Assembly (NCBI GenBank): GCA_039916585.1
Contig: JBDSLC010000193.1
Coordinates: forward strand, 20,111-84,110
Length of the DNA stretch: 64,000 nt
Reading direction: 5' to 3'
Origin: Pyrinomonadaceae bacterium
GTDB taxonomy: Bacteria > Acidobacteriota > Blastocatellia > Pyrinomonadales > Pyrinomonadaceae
The translations under genes and the position numbers were made by a program. Shown here in pieces: positions 26,072-36,370 of this stretch. The stretch's first letter is position 1, and the number at the start of each line of letters is the position of its first letter. The notes under the pieces were generated by a model that was given only the letters and a program-made list of their open reading frames with translations, was not told where the DNA came from and searched no databases.

Positions 26072-29000
26072 CTATCGGGATTCTGGAAAGAGTTTTGAAT
26101 AGATCTGATTATTTGAAGTTCTGAGGAGCGTTCGATAACGTTCGTCCGTCCGGATCGGGTCGAGCTTGGGTTCGGTGCCGAGCCAGATAGCCCACGGGCT
26201 GGACTCCGCCACGCACTCTCCGAGGTAGACGAATGCATCGTCGACTTGGCCCAAAGCTACTGACGCAAGTCCGAGAAAATAAGGCGGGATATATGTAGAC
26301 CTCGCAATATTCTTCCAACGTGCGGTGATGGCGTTTGCTTCGTCGACCTTACCATTTCGAGCCAACGCAAAGCACAAGGTATAAAACGGAAGCGGGGAAT
26401 CGGGTTCGAGATCGGCCGCGCGCCGTGCGTGTTCGAGAGCCGAGGAAAGATCTCCGTATTCCAAGAGCACATTCGCTAGCTGCAGGTGTGACTGCATGAA
26501 ATTTGGGCTTAGCTCAACAAGTTGGCGAGCTTCGCGCTCAGCGGCTGCGAATTCATGGGTCTGATAGATCGTCCACGCCGATAGAACCTTTGCCCTGAGT
26601 GACATCGGATTCAATCGTTCGCTGATCAAGACCTCTTCACGCCCTTCATCGGACCGCCCCGTGCCAACAAGCACGGACGATAGCCACTCGTGAGCAAGCG
26701 AGTAGTTTGGATTCAGGTCGATCGACTTCCGATACAGTTCCTCGGCTTTTTCGAACAGCAGGGAATTCGAATAATACAATCCAAGTGCGGCGTGTGCTTC
26801 TGACAGAAACGGATCGATCTGGATCGCGCGTTCGGCATACTCTCTAACTTTCTCGTGGGTCTCGGCAGGTGGAAACAGGCCATAGATCGTTGCCCAGGTG
26901 TAGTAGTCCGCGATCCCGACATAGGCGAGAGCGTAGTTCGGATCGAGTTCCACTGCCTTCGAAAAAGATTCGATGGATCGGGGAAATGATTCGGGAGTGA
27001 ATTGATTCCAGAAATAGCGTCCCTGCAGGTACGCGTCGTGAGCCTCGGCATTGTTCGTGCCGCGTTTGGTAACCAACGCCTCTTCGGTTCCGGACAGCTT
27101 TGGCAGCAGAGAGCGCGTTACCTGCTCGGCGATCGAGTCCTCGAGTTCAAGAACATCTGAGAATTGTTCTACGAAGCTTGCCGACCATCGGGTCGCATTC
27201 TCCTCGACGTCGAGAAGTTGCGCGGTGACACGTATGCTGTCTCCGACGTGGCGAATGATACCGTCGACGACAAAGTCCACGCCCAACTGCTGGCCGGCCG
27301 AGAACGGATCGGTGTCACCCGCCGCCGTTTGAAGGACGGAGCTAGTTGGCCGCACGAGAAACTTGCGGACATTCGAAAGCCGCATCGTGACAGAGTCCGC
27401 CAGGCCGATGCTGAGATAATTCTCGTCGCCGGTATTGCTGCCTTCAGCGCTGATCACCTTAAAGGGAAGAACTGCTATTGAGCGGATCGGTTCAGACGTG
27501 ATCGGCTCGGGGGTGACGGCGGGCTTCGACGCCAGCGGATTGTGTGTTGCCGAAAGGAGCTCAGCGTATCTCGGATCGCTGCGAATGGCGTCAAGTTTGG
27601 GCTCGGTCGCGAACCACATCATCCACTCATTCTTTTCATCAACGGAACGACGAAACCATTTGAACGCCAGATCGATGTCGCCGGCCGCGACCGCAGTCAT
27701 GCCGATGAAGAACGGCTTCATATGACGCTCGCTCTCGGTTTGCAAGATCTTCTCGAGGATCAACTCTGCTGCCGCTTGATTTCCTTGCGCCGCCCGAGCG
27801 TGTGCAAGCATATACCGCGGCAGTCCGGAGCGCCCCCAACCTTCGGCACTTCGGCGAAGACAAGATATCGCTTCATCGAACTCGCGGGTCGCAGTCAGTA
27901 CGTTGCCCAAGTGGAGGAGAGCCTGGGGAAGCTCACCACTCATTTTTGCAGCCTTTCGGGCCTTGGCGACCGCTTCGGGATATCGACGCGCCTGATAGAG
28001 CGTCCAGGCGGACATCATGATCGCGCGCGGAGCGACGGGATCGAGCTCTTCAGCTTTCAGGATCTCTTTCACGCCCTCGTCGAGTCGCCCCTGGGCGATC
28101 AGGAAATTTGAGTAGTATTCGTGGGCGATCGGGTAGTTTGGATTTAGATCAAGGGAACGCTTGATGAGATATTCGGCATCGGCCCAATTCCAATCATAGA
28201 GGAATACGCAAAAAGCGAGCGCCGCGTAGGCCTCACCCATAGTGTCATTCACCTCCAGGGCCTTTCGGGCTGCTTCGATCGCCTTCGGAAAGCCCTCGGC
28301 AGACGGGATCTCGCCGAAGATCGCCGACCAGATATAAAAGTCCGCTAAGCCGATATATGGGTGGGCGTAGTTTGGGTCTAGCTCAATTGCCTTTTTGAAT
28401 TCTTCGACGGCCTTTAGCAATCCTTCGTCGCTGAATCGGCTCCAAAAATATCGCCCGCGGATATAGGCTTCGTAGGCCTCAGGCTTATTGGTTCCACGAC
28501 GGGCGATCCGGTCGCGTTCCTCGGGCGAGAGCCGGGGGAGGAGCGAGGCGGATACCTGCTCCGCGAGGGAATCTTCAAGCTCGAGTACATCGCCAAGATC
28601 CTTGTCGAACGCTTTCGCCCAGGCGGCTGTGTTGTTCGAGGCGTCAAAGAGTTGGACGGAAACCCGGATTCGGCTGCCGACGATCCGCACGTTTCCGTCG
28701 AGTACGAAATCCGTGCCGAGACTCTTCGCGGCTACGTCCGGTGTGGAGTTGGCGAAAGGAAGAACCGAGGTGGTCGGGCGTACGATGATCCGCGGGATAC
28801 CACTAAGTCTCGATATTAGGGCATCCGCCAGTCCGATGCCGACGAACTCGCTTCCCGTATCGTTAGCCGCAGGATTAGCGAGAACCTTGAACGGAAGGAT
28901 CGCGATCGAGCGCGAATCTGGTTTTCGAACGCCGGTGAAACTGGCCCGGGTAACAAAGTATTCCGCATTAACAGCCTTCCCGTCGAGGAAGTTGGTGATA

Positions 29001-29962
29001 TCATCCGCCAGATCCATTACGGTCCGATATCGATCTGCGGGATCCTTGCGAAGCGCTTTGAGGACGACCTTATCAAGGTCTCCGATCAGTTCGCGGCGGA
29101 GAGTTTCCGGAGTCGCATTCCGGCCTTCGTAGGCGCGGTCGACAGTCATCTCGCTGCCGTTATCAGGAACCAGGTCGCGATCGCTCGTGATAGACCCGCT
29201 CGGGTTGGTAGGCATTTCTTCCCGGATGATCCGCGAGACTTCTTCTGGGAGATTGCGTCGAAGCCGATAGGGGCGATGGCCGGAGAGTAGTTCGTAGAGG
29301 ATCACACCGAGCGAATAAATATCAGACGCCGGTCCGACCGGGTCGCCGCTTATCTGCTCGGGAGAAGCATATTCCGGCGTCATCGCCCGCATCTGCGTAG
29401 CCGTCGGTTCTCCGTCCGTTGCCGAAAGATCGGGATCGAGCATCTTCGCGATGCCGAAATCAAGCAGTTTCGGCTTGCGATCTTCCCTCACCATTATATT
29501 CGACGGCTTAAGGTCCCGATGGATCACCTGAGCCTCGTGGGCGGCGGCGACGGCCCAGCACACCTGTCGAAAGATCAGCAGACGCTCGCGGATGCTCAGT
29601 TTGTTCTTATTGCAGAATTTATAGAGGGGAAGTCCGTCGATAAACTCCATCACGAAGTAAGGCAGCCCATCATCGGTCGAACCGCCACCGAGGAAATAGC
29701 CTACGTTCGGATGATTGAGCGATGCGAGGATCTGACGTTCGCGGCGGAAACGGCGAAGGATCATATCCGTGTCCATTCCCCGCTTTATCAACTTGACCGC
29801 GACAGTTTGGTCAAACTCGCCGTCAACCCGAACCGCGCGATAAACCGCACCCATGCCGCCGCGACCGATCTCTTCCTCGAGTCGATAGGCACCGATACGT
29901 CGGCCGATCATTGAGTTTTCTTCGGCGCCGGGGGCACCGCCGGATTGGTCCATTGCAGGCAA
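26072..29962 (-). CDS. Giant Ser/Thr protein kinase with two tandem [LPF-sensor-like module + TPR array] units; no obvious TM segment
   Basis: Kinase motifs VAVKLIK, HRDLKPSNI, DFGIAK and ASPEQ are present. They are followed twice by SIA(I/V)LPFKV...GLAD(A/S)...VRPT(T/S)SVL...RV(S/T)(V/A)QL(F/L)D modules, each with TPR-like repeats. Confidence 0.9.
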   Translation of the reverse strand: MPAMDQSGGAPGAEENSMIGRRIGAYRLEEEIGRGGMGAVYRAVRVDGEFDQTVAVKLIKRGMDTDMILRRFRRERQILASLNHPNVGYFLGGGSTDDGLPYFVMEFIDGLPLYKFCNKNKLSIRERLLIFRQVCWAVAAAHEAQVIHRDLKPSNIMVREDRKPKLLDFGIAKMLDPDLSATDGEPTATQMRAMTPEYASPEQISGDPVGPASDIYSLGVILYELLSGHRPYRLRRNLPEEVSRIIREEMPTNPSGSITSDRDLVPDNGSEMTVDRAYEGRNATPETLRRELIGDLDKVVLKALRKDPADRYRTVMDLADDITNFLDGKAVNAEYFVTRASFTGVRKPDSRSIAILPFKVLANPAANDTGSEFVGIGLADALISRLSGIPRIIVRPTTSVLPFANSTPDVAAKSLGTDFVLDGNVRIVGSRIRVSVQLFDASNNTAAWAKAFDKDLGDVLELEDSLAEQVSASLLPRLSPEERDRIARRGTNKPEAYEAYIRGRYFWSRFSDEGLLKAVEEFKKAIELDPNYAHPYIGLADFYIWSAIFGEIPSAEGFPKAIEAARKALEVNDTMGEAYAALAFCVFLYDWNWADAEYLIKRSLDLNPNYPIAHEYYSNFLIAQGRLDEGVKEILKAEELDPVAPRAIMMSAWTLYQARRYPEAVAKARKAAKMSGELPQALLHLGNVLTATREFDEAISCLRRSAEGWGRSGLPRYMLAHARAAQGNQAAAELILEKILQTESERHMKPFFIGMTAVAAGDIDLAFKWFRRSVDEKNEWMMWFATEPKLDAIRSDPRYAELLSATHNPLASKPAVTPEPITSEPIRSIAVLPFKVISAEGSNTGDENYLSIGLADSVTMRLSNVRKFLVRPTSSVLQTAAGDTDPFSAGQQLGVDFVVDGIIRHVGDSIRVTAQLLDVEENATRWSASFVEQFSDVLELEDSIAEQVTRSLLPKLSGTEEALVTKRGTNNAEAHDAYLQGRYFWNQFTPESFPRSIESFSKAVELDPNYALAYVGIADYYTWATIYGLFPPAETHEKVREYAERAIQIDPFLSEAHAALGLYYSNSLLFEKAEELYRKSIDLNPNYSLAHEWLSSVLVGTGRSDEGREEVLISERLNPMSLRAKVLSAWTIYQTHEFAAAEREARQLVELSPNFMQSHLQLANVLLEYGDLSSALEHARRAADLEPDSPLPFYTLCFALARNGKVDEANAITARWKNIARSTYIPPYFLGLASVALGQVDDAFVYLGECVAESSPWAIWLGTEPKLDPIRTDERYRTLLRTSNNQIYSKLFPESR

Positions 29963-30025
29963 CAGTTCGAGGAGAAAGAGTCTTGCTCGAACGCTATTCT
30001 GTCACCTGTCGCATTGAGGGTCAAT

Positions 30026-33000
30026 CTACTTTGGCCGCTGAAGCTTTTCGACAAGGCGTCTGAAGCGAGGAGAGGTTTGAAGGTCAGCAAGGCGGGGGTC
30101 GGGCTCGATCATATTGAAGCTATGAGTGCCGGCTTTTTCAGATCGTTCAAGCCAATCGAGAGCGGATTCGCGTTGGCCGAGGTGATCGTATGCCAAGGCG
30201 ATCTCGAAGGCGTATGCGAAATCATTGCCGCGAACAGCTTCTGCATTTATTGCCGTTTCCAAGGTCGCGACAGCGATACGTTTTGAGGCGTCATCCAGCG
30301 GAGCGAGTTGGGCTTCGATAACCTTCCATCCCGGAGCATTCGGATCACCCGATCCTATGCGTTCCGCCTTGAACGAATCCCGGGCAGCCGTCCAGTTGCC
30401 TTGAACGGCGTAGATCCACCGCTTCACCTTGTGAGCCGGGACGAAGTCGGGTTGGAGTGCAAGCGCCCGGTCGGCGGCAGCCAGGCCTTTGTCATATTCG
30501 CCCCCGAAGAAATGAACTATCGCCGCGGCAGACTTGATCGACAGGGAACGCGGGTCGAGCCGCTCGGCGGTTTCTACCTCGCTCAACGCGTCGACCGGTT
30601 TGTTCATCGCTGCCAGAACAAGGGCGAACCAGTGATGTGCCTGTGCATAGGATGGATTCATCTGTATTGCTCGCCGGAATTCCAATTCGGCTCCAGCGCG
30701 ATCGCGATTTGAATAGAAATTAATGTACGCCAGCGACGCGTGAGCCTCTGCCAGATCGGGGTCAAGGGCGAGTGCTTGGTTGGCGTACTTGAGGGCTTTC
30801 GCGTAAGCATCCTTAGGCGGGTCGATGTCGTACAAGTTCAGAAGCGAGTGGGCGTCCGCAAGTCCAACATAGGCCGGAGCGAATGTCGAATCCTCCCTGA
30901 CGGCGTCGGCGAAGAACGTGATCGCTTGGCGAAGGCTCGCGGGACTGCGACCGACCATGGTTGACCGGGCCGTGAGATATTTTTCGTAGGCCGTAAAATT
31001 CGCCGTATACCCCTTTTCGGCCTGCTGTCTTTCGAGCGGTAAAGGATCTATCCCAAGCGTTGTCCAGAGCTTTTCGGCGATCCGAGTTTGAAGGGCGAAA
31101 TAGTCGCCCTCCGGCGACGAAAATCGCTCTTTCCACAGCACGGAGTTCGCGGCGGCATTGACCAGTTCCGCCTCAATGACCGCTCCGCCTTGTGAACGGT
31201 AGAGGTTGCCGCGAAGCACGTAAGCTACATTTAGATCCCTTGCGATCTGCTCCATCGGCTCTTCTCGAACAGATCGCCCAGTGTTGGCCGAGAGAACCGT
31301 TAGTGCTTTCAGATTGCCGAGGCGTTGGGTAATGGAATCGGCGAGCCCTACTCCAAGGTTCTCATTTTCAGGATCGGAAGAGCTGAATGGCATCACGAGG
31401 AGCGAATGATTCTGAAAGCCGATCGGTCGAATTACCTGGCTTTGGCTAGGAACCCTGGGATAGAAATAGAAGGCGAGTCCGGACAGCCCGACGATCGTCA
31501 CGATCGGTGCGGCGAACGCCAATAGCCTCCTATTTCGCTTCGCAATAAACGCGCCCGTAGATCCATCAGAAGTGCTATGACCTTCCTCGATCATAAGCGT
31601 CGTCAGATCGTGGACGGGCCGGTCATCGTCGAGAGCGGTCGGGTCAGTACTCTTGTCGCGGAGAACATCGGTCGAACTCTTGGCAAAGCTGTTGAAGAAC
31701 GGCCGATAGCCGGTTTGCTCCAGAATGTGCTCGAACCGGTCGTCGCTTCGCAGGGGATCGAGGACGGGATCGACCCCCATCCAATTCAGCCAAGCTTCCT
31801 TGATCTCGGCGGCCTGCTGGAGTTTGAGGATCGCATTCTCGTGATCGCCGAGGTAGCAGTTGACGAGAGCGATCTGGTACGGCGAGACGTAGCGATCTTT
31901 CGAAAGTTCTAGAATGTCCGCAAGTTTTCGTTTTGCGACCTCGATCTGGCCGTCGGCTGCATAGCATTCTGCCTCGCCGAGGCGGGAGAACAGACTGTGG
32001 CCCATCAACTCGTTGCCGACCTTTACCTGTTCGATCGCGTCTCTCGTATTGCCGATCTTGCGATTTACCTTGCTGAGCCCAAGGTGCCCAAAACTATAGT
32101 CCGGGAATTTCTGGATCACTCCCTCATACTGCTCCGCGGCTTCTGTATAGCGGCCGCTGTAGTACAAGCCCCAGCCGATATTGTGGTGATTGAAGGGCGT
32201 AAGCGGGTCAAGTTCGACCCCGCGACGGGCGAATTCGAGCCCCTCGGAGAATCGGCCTTCGGTAAAGAGGACGATCGAATACCACACGAACGCGACCCCA
32301 TTGCCGGGATTCAATTCGATGGAACGCTTGAGGTGTTTTTCAGCCGATGCCCAGTCATAGCTTCCAGCGTGTAACGCAAATCCGAGAGTTGCGTGTGCTT
32401 CAGACAACTCCGGATCAAGGTCAGCCGCTTTCTTGGCAGCCTCGATGGCGGGAAGGAAACATTCCTGCGGGGGAAGGACGCCAATGATCCCGAGCCACGA
32501 ATAATAATCGGCGAGTCCGCAATATGCGAGGGCGTAATCGGGATCGGCAGCTATCGCTGAATGGAATGCGACAAATGCCTTTGCCAAGCCTTCCTCAGTG
32601 GAGCTATTGAAATAGTAGCGTCCACGCAGATACTGCTCGAAAGCTTCGGGGACGTCGGTGCCGCGTTTTGCGAAGTCAGCGAGTTCGCTTCCAGTCAACT
32701 GAGGAAGCAGAGCCTCGATGACCTTGCTGGATATCGTGTCTTCAAGCGTGAGTACGTCCGCTAGATTTTCGTCGATCGACGTCGCCCAGACCGCCGCGTT
32801 CTCCTTTACGTTGAGTAGCTGGATCGTAACGCGAAGACGGTCGTTCGCCTTCTTGATGCTGCCGTCAATGATGAAGTCTACATTTAACGCCTGACCCGCC
32901 TTGATCGGATCGGCGATCGTTGAGCTGAACGCAAGGATCGAACTCGTAGGACGGACCAAAAACCTTCGTATCTTACTGAGACGCGTGATCAAGGCATCTG

Positions 33001-34354
33001 CCAGGCCCAGGCCGAGGAATAGATCATCACCTTCCTGAGCGGATCCGAGGTTGAGAAACTTGAATGGCAGGATCGCGATCGCTTTACTATGTTCGGGAGG
33101 TGGAGCCAGCTGCGCGACTGCGGACGCCGATTTAAGCCTATATTTTGGAGCTTCGACATTTGATCCCTTGAGGAAGCGCGAAACATCGAGCGAAAGCTCT
33201 TTAACGCTTTCGTAGCGTTTGGCCGGCTCTTTAGCGAGAGCCTTCATGACAACGTTGTCGAGGCCGCGTATCAGTTCCGCGGAAAGATCTCCTTTTCCTG
33301 TGTCCCGGGACGCAAGAGCTTTATCGCTAATTCCGCCGTAATGAGCGAGAAGGTTACCGTCAATGTCCAGGACCTGGCTCGGCAGACGCGGCATCTCTTC
33401 GCAGACGACCTGCGTGACCTCGTGCAAAGCACGCCCCGTAAAGTTATACGGGCGATGTCCGGTGAGGAGTTCGTAGAGAAGTACACCTAATGAATAAATG
33501 TCGCTCGCTGGTCCGACATCACGGCCACGGACCTGCTCCGGACTCGCGTAGTCCGGCGTCATCATCCGAAGCATAGAGCCCGTCGGGTTCAGCGATTCAT
33601 GGATCAGATCTGGATCCAGGATCTTGGCGATGCCGAAATCAAGAAGTTTTGGCGACCCGGAATGATTGATGAGGATATTACTCGGCTTAATATCACGGTG
33701 TATGATCTGCCGTTCGTGAGCATACTCGATGGCAGAGCAGATCTTTTGAAAGATCTTCAAACGTTCGCGGACAGGAAGTCTATTGGTATCGCAATAATTG
33801 TAAAGAGTCTCGCCGGAGATGTACTCCATTACGAAGTACGGGACACCGTCGGACGTGGTGCCGCCGTCGAGCAATCGGGCTATGAAGGGATGTTCGAAAG
33901 AAGCAAGGATCTGCCGTTCGTGCCGGAATCTGCGGACGATGAAATCCGTGTCCATGCCGCGCTTGATCAATTTGACCGCAACCGTTTGCTGAAATTCGCC
34001 GTCCGCCCTCTCCGCCTGGTAGACTGCACCCATTCCACCTCTGCCGATCTGACGTGTGAGCTGATAGACGCCTATCTGCTGACCAAGGAAATCATCGTCT
34101 CCGTTCTTAGTATCGTCGAGCGACTTGGAAAGCTCCTGCTTTGCCTTGGTATTGATGAAGTTGCTGTCAGTCCAGATCGGCGATTCGATGAATTCGTCGA
34201 CATGTTCCAGGCTGGCCAGAAGATTTTCTACCTCTGCCTTCAGGGCTTCATCGCCGTCCGTATTCGCAGAGACGTACGCCAAACGATCGGTCGCTGGAAG
34301 CTCGGCGGCCGAGTTGAATAACTCTTCAATTCTTTTCCAACGTTCTGGGGTCAT
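30026..34354 (-). CDS. Giant Ser/Thr protein kinase, a paralog of 26072-29962, with a mid-protein TM segment separating the two sensor+TPR units
   Basis: It has the same kinase motifs (VAVKLIK, HRDIKPSNI, DFGIAK) and modules (AILPFKFLN..., LLVMPFSS...). The TM segment is LLAFAAPIVTIVGLSGLAFYFY. Confidence 0.9.
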   Translation of the reverse strand: MTPERWKRIEELFNSAAELPATDRLAYVSANTDGDEALKAEVENLLASLEHVDEFIESPIWTDSNFINTKAKQELSKSLDDTKNGDDDFLGQQIGVYQLTRQIGRGGMGAVYQAERADGEFQQTVAVKLIKRGMDTDFIVRRFRHERQILASFEHPFIARLLDGGTTSDGVPYFVMEYISGETLYNYCDTNRLPVRERLKIFQKICSAIEYAHERQIIHRDIKPSNILINHSGSPKLLDFGIAKILDPDLIHESLNPTGSMLRMMTPDYASPEQVRGRDVGPASDIYSLGVLLYELLTGHRPYNFTGRALHEVTQVVCEEMPRLPSQVLDIDGNLLAHYGGISDKALASRDTGKGDLSAELIRGLDNVVMKALAKEPAKRYESVKELSLDVSRFLKGSNVEAPKYRLKSASAVAQLAPPPEHSKAIAILPFKFLNLGSAQEGDDLFLGLGLADALITRLSKIRRFLVRPTSSILAFSSTIADPIKAGQALNVDFIIDGSIKKANDRLRVTIQLLNVKENAAVWATSIDENLADVLTLEDTISSKVIEALLPQLTGSELADFAKRGTDVPEAFEQYLRGRYYFNSSTEEGLAKAFVAFHSAIAADPDYALAYCGLADYYSWLGIIGVLPPQECFLPAIEAAKKAADLDPELSEAHATLGFALHAGSYDWASAEKHLKRSIELNPGNGVAFVWYSIVLFTEGRFSEGLEFARRGVELDPLTPFNHHNIGWGLYYSGRYTEAAEQYEGVIQKFPDYSFGHLGLSKVNRKIGNTRDAIEQVKVGNELMGHSLFSRLGEAECYAADGQIEVAKRKLADILELSKDRYVSPYQIALVNCYLGDHENAILKLQQAAEIKEAWLNWMGVDPVLDPLRSDDRFEHILEQTGYRPFFNSFAKSSTDVLRDKSTDPTALDDDRPVHDLTTLMIEEGHSTSDGSTGAFIAKRNRRLLAFAAPIVTIVGLSGLAFYFYPRVPSQSQVIRPIGFQNHSLLVMPFSSSDPENENLGVGLADSITQRLGNLKALTVLSANTGRSVREEPMEQIARDLNVAYVLRGNLYRSQGGAVIEAELVNAAANSVLWKERFSSPEGDYFALQTRIAEKLWTTLGIDPLPLERQQAEKGYTANFTAYEKYLTARSTMVGRSPASLRQAITFFADAVREDSTFAPAYVGLADAHSLLNLYDIDPPKDAYAKALKYANQALALDPDLAEAHASLAYINFYSNRDRAGAELEFRRAIQMNPSYAQAHHWFALVLAAMNKPVDALSEVETAERLDPRSLSIKSAAAIVHFFGGEYDKGLAAADRALALQPDFVPAHKVKRWIYAVQGNWTAARDSFKAERIGSGDPNAPGWKVIEAQLAPLDDASKRIAVATLETAINAEAVRGNDFAYAFEIALAYDHLGQRESALDWLERSEKAGTHSFNMIEPDPRLADLQTSPRFRRLVEKLQRPK

Positions 34355-34462
34355 GCGACAGGGCGAAAAGCTAATTATAACGAAATGATCCCGATGCGCT
34401 GTTCGCGTGAGATGCCTGGTGCAATTACCAGTTTACGTACCCGTTCAGGATGTTAAAAGTTG

Positions 34463-34491
34463 TTGACCGTCACTCGCAGTTGGCATATACT
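34463..34491 (+). promoter_or_regulatory. Sigma-70-like promoter candidate for the HD-GYP operon
   Basis: TTGACC-N17-TATACT lies ~40 nt upstream of the 34531 start. Confidence 0.35.
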
Positions 34492-34530
34492 TAACCTCGG
34501 CAAGCTTTACCCTCACCCTGCCCCTGCTCG

Positions 34531-36360
34531 ATGCCCCGACAAAGATCCAAGTTCAGCCTTATTTATTTCGTCATCATCACGTTAATGCTGGTGGGAATAG
34601 TGCCGCTTTTGCTTACCGGGTGGTTTCTGTCGGAGCGGAGCGGAAAGGAATTGCGCGTTGTAGAAAACCGATACCAGATCCAGTTGGTCCAGGAAAAAGC
34701 CCGACAGATCGAGATGTTCGCCCAAAAGTACGGCGATCTGGTGCTTGGGATCGGGAATGCTCTTGAGCTCTCGAATAGTACGAGCGTCCTCTCTTCGCCG
34801 CAAACTGAGCAACATCTGGGTAGTATTCTTCGCGAAAATCCAAACCTGATCGGACTCTACCTTAAGCCGATCGACGGGGAATCTCTAAATCTTTTCCGAC
34901 CAGGCGTTTTTGCGGCTGGAGAGTTTGAGGCGATCTTGAACGATACCCAAAGCAAACTCACCACTCAAGAACTGCTGATGGGACAGCCGGTAAAACTTGC
35001 TAACACGGGCGATTATGCCATGACGATGGCGTCACAGGTCTCGATAGACAATCGGACCGTGGCGTCGGTTATCGCAGTTGTTTCGCTCAGGGATATTGCT
35101 CGAAGTGTTGTGGGGGTTGAGCCGACGGGGGAGGACCAGCTATGGAAGATGGGCCTTCCGATCGTGTTCGTAGTCGACCAAAGCGGCACCGCATTCTTCC
35201 ATCCCGATCCTACTTTGATCGATTCCAAACGGCCGCTAACGGATCTGAAGATCGTCGACGAGTGGCAACAGTCGAACCGGCAGGTTCAATCGGGCCTTGT
35301 TCCCTTTACAGCGGAATTCAAGGGCGATTCGCACGACATGATCGGAGCTTATTCGACCGCCAGTCTCGGCAAGAATATGTCGCTTGGCGTGATCACGATG
35401 CAGGATGAGAATAAGGCACTTGCGTCCGTCGGTGAGATGAGATGGCAGACGTGGCTGATCAGCCTAGCGTTTGCTCTTTTCGCTCTTATTATCGGTATCG
35501 TAGCGGCGCGGCTGTTGACTAGGCCGATTCTCACACTATCGGCGGCGGCTCAGCGGATCGCGGGAGGTGAACTCGCGACACGAGTCGAATCCCGCAACAT
35601 CACAGAGATCGGCGTTCTTGGCGAATCGTTTAACACGATGGCCGATCGTCTTGAAGACCACATTGCACAACTTGCGAAAGCAGCCACAGAGAACCGCGAG
35701 CTTTTCGTTGGAACTGTGAAAGCCCTCTCGGCGGCAATCGACGGAAAGGACAAATACACTCGCGGACATTCCGAACGCGTCGCCCGAATTTCTCTTGCTG
35801 TCGGCAAAGAGATGGGAATGGGAGACGAAGAGCTCGAGACACTGCGGATCAGCGCTCTGCTCCACGACGTCGGCAAGATCGCGATCGATGACAGCATCTT
35901 GAAGAAGCCTTCCGCTCTCACGGCCGAAGAGTTTGAGATAATGAAGACCCATCCGCAGAAGGGTTACAAGATAATGTCGCAGATCCCGGCGATGCACGAC
36001 TTCCTGCCCGGGATGTATATGCACCACGAGATGGTCAACGGGCAAGGATATCCGCAGGGCCTTACGGACGAACAGATACCGCTGCAGGCGAAGATCGTAT
36101 CTGTTGCCGATACTTTCGACGCGATGACGATCGATAGGCCGTATTCGAAAGGAATGCTGTTGCCAGAAGCGATCGAAAGAATTCGGAGCTTTGTCGGCAC
36201 GCGATATTCCGCCGATGTTGTCGAGGCTCTTGTTCGCGGCTGTGAAAAAGGCGAGATCGGCAAGGGCGTGGTGAAATTTATGAACCAAAATCCTGAGGCA
36301 TTTGCCGCACGCGAAGAGCTCCTAAAAAACATTCAGGAGGGCGAACTTCGAGTCGCGTAG
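34531..36360 (+). CDS. Membrane sensor HD-GYP phosphodiesterase (TM - periplasmic Cache-like region - TM - HAMP - HD-GYP)
   Basis: Two TM segments, a HAMP region (LTRPILTLSAAAQRIAGGEL) and HD-GYP motifs (HSERV, LLHDVGKI, HHEMVNGQGYPQGL) are present. Confidence 0.9.
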   Translation: MPRQRSKFSLIYFVIITLMLVGIVPLLLTGWFLSERSGKELRVVENRYQIQLVQEKARQIEMFAQKYGDLVLGIGNALELSNSTSVLSSPQTEQHLGSILRENPNLIGLYLKPIDGESLNLFRPGVFAAGEFEAILNDTQSKLTTQELLMGQPVKLANTGDYAMTMASQVSIDNRTVASVIAVVSLRDIARSVVGVEPTGEDQLWKMGLPIVFVVDQSGTAFFHPDPTLIDSKRPLTDLKIVDEWQQSNRQVQSGLVPFTAEFKGDSHDMIGAYSTASLGKNMSLGVITMQDENKALASVGEMRWQTWLISLAFALFALIIGIVAARLLTRPILTLSAAAQRIAGGELATRVESRNITEIGVLGESFNTMADRLEDHIAQLAKAATENRELFVGTVKALSAAIDGKDKYTRGHSERVARISLAVGKEMGMGDEELETLRISALLHDVGKIAIDDSILKKPSALTAEEFEIMKTHPQKGYKIMSQIPAMHDFLPGMYMHHEMVNGQGYPQGLTDEQIPLQAKIVSVADTFDAMTIDRPYSKGMLLPEAIERIRSFVGTRYSADVVEALVRGCEKGEIGKGVVKFMNQNPEAFAAREELLKNIQEGELRVA

Positions 36361-36370
36361 CTCGAGCTTT

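Noticed and set aside
33599-34321. A 240-aa ORF antisense to kinase 2. The same applies to 35536-36288 (antisense to HD-GYP), 16793-17491 (antisense to VWA), and 40296-40946 and 39531-40142 (antisense to rsmA/ribD).
   Set aside because: All are shadow ORFs opposite genes with strong family motifs.
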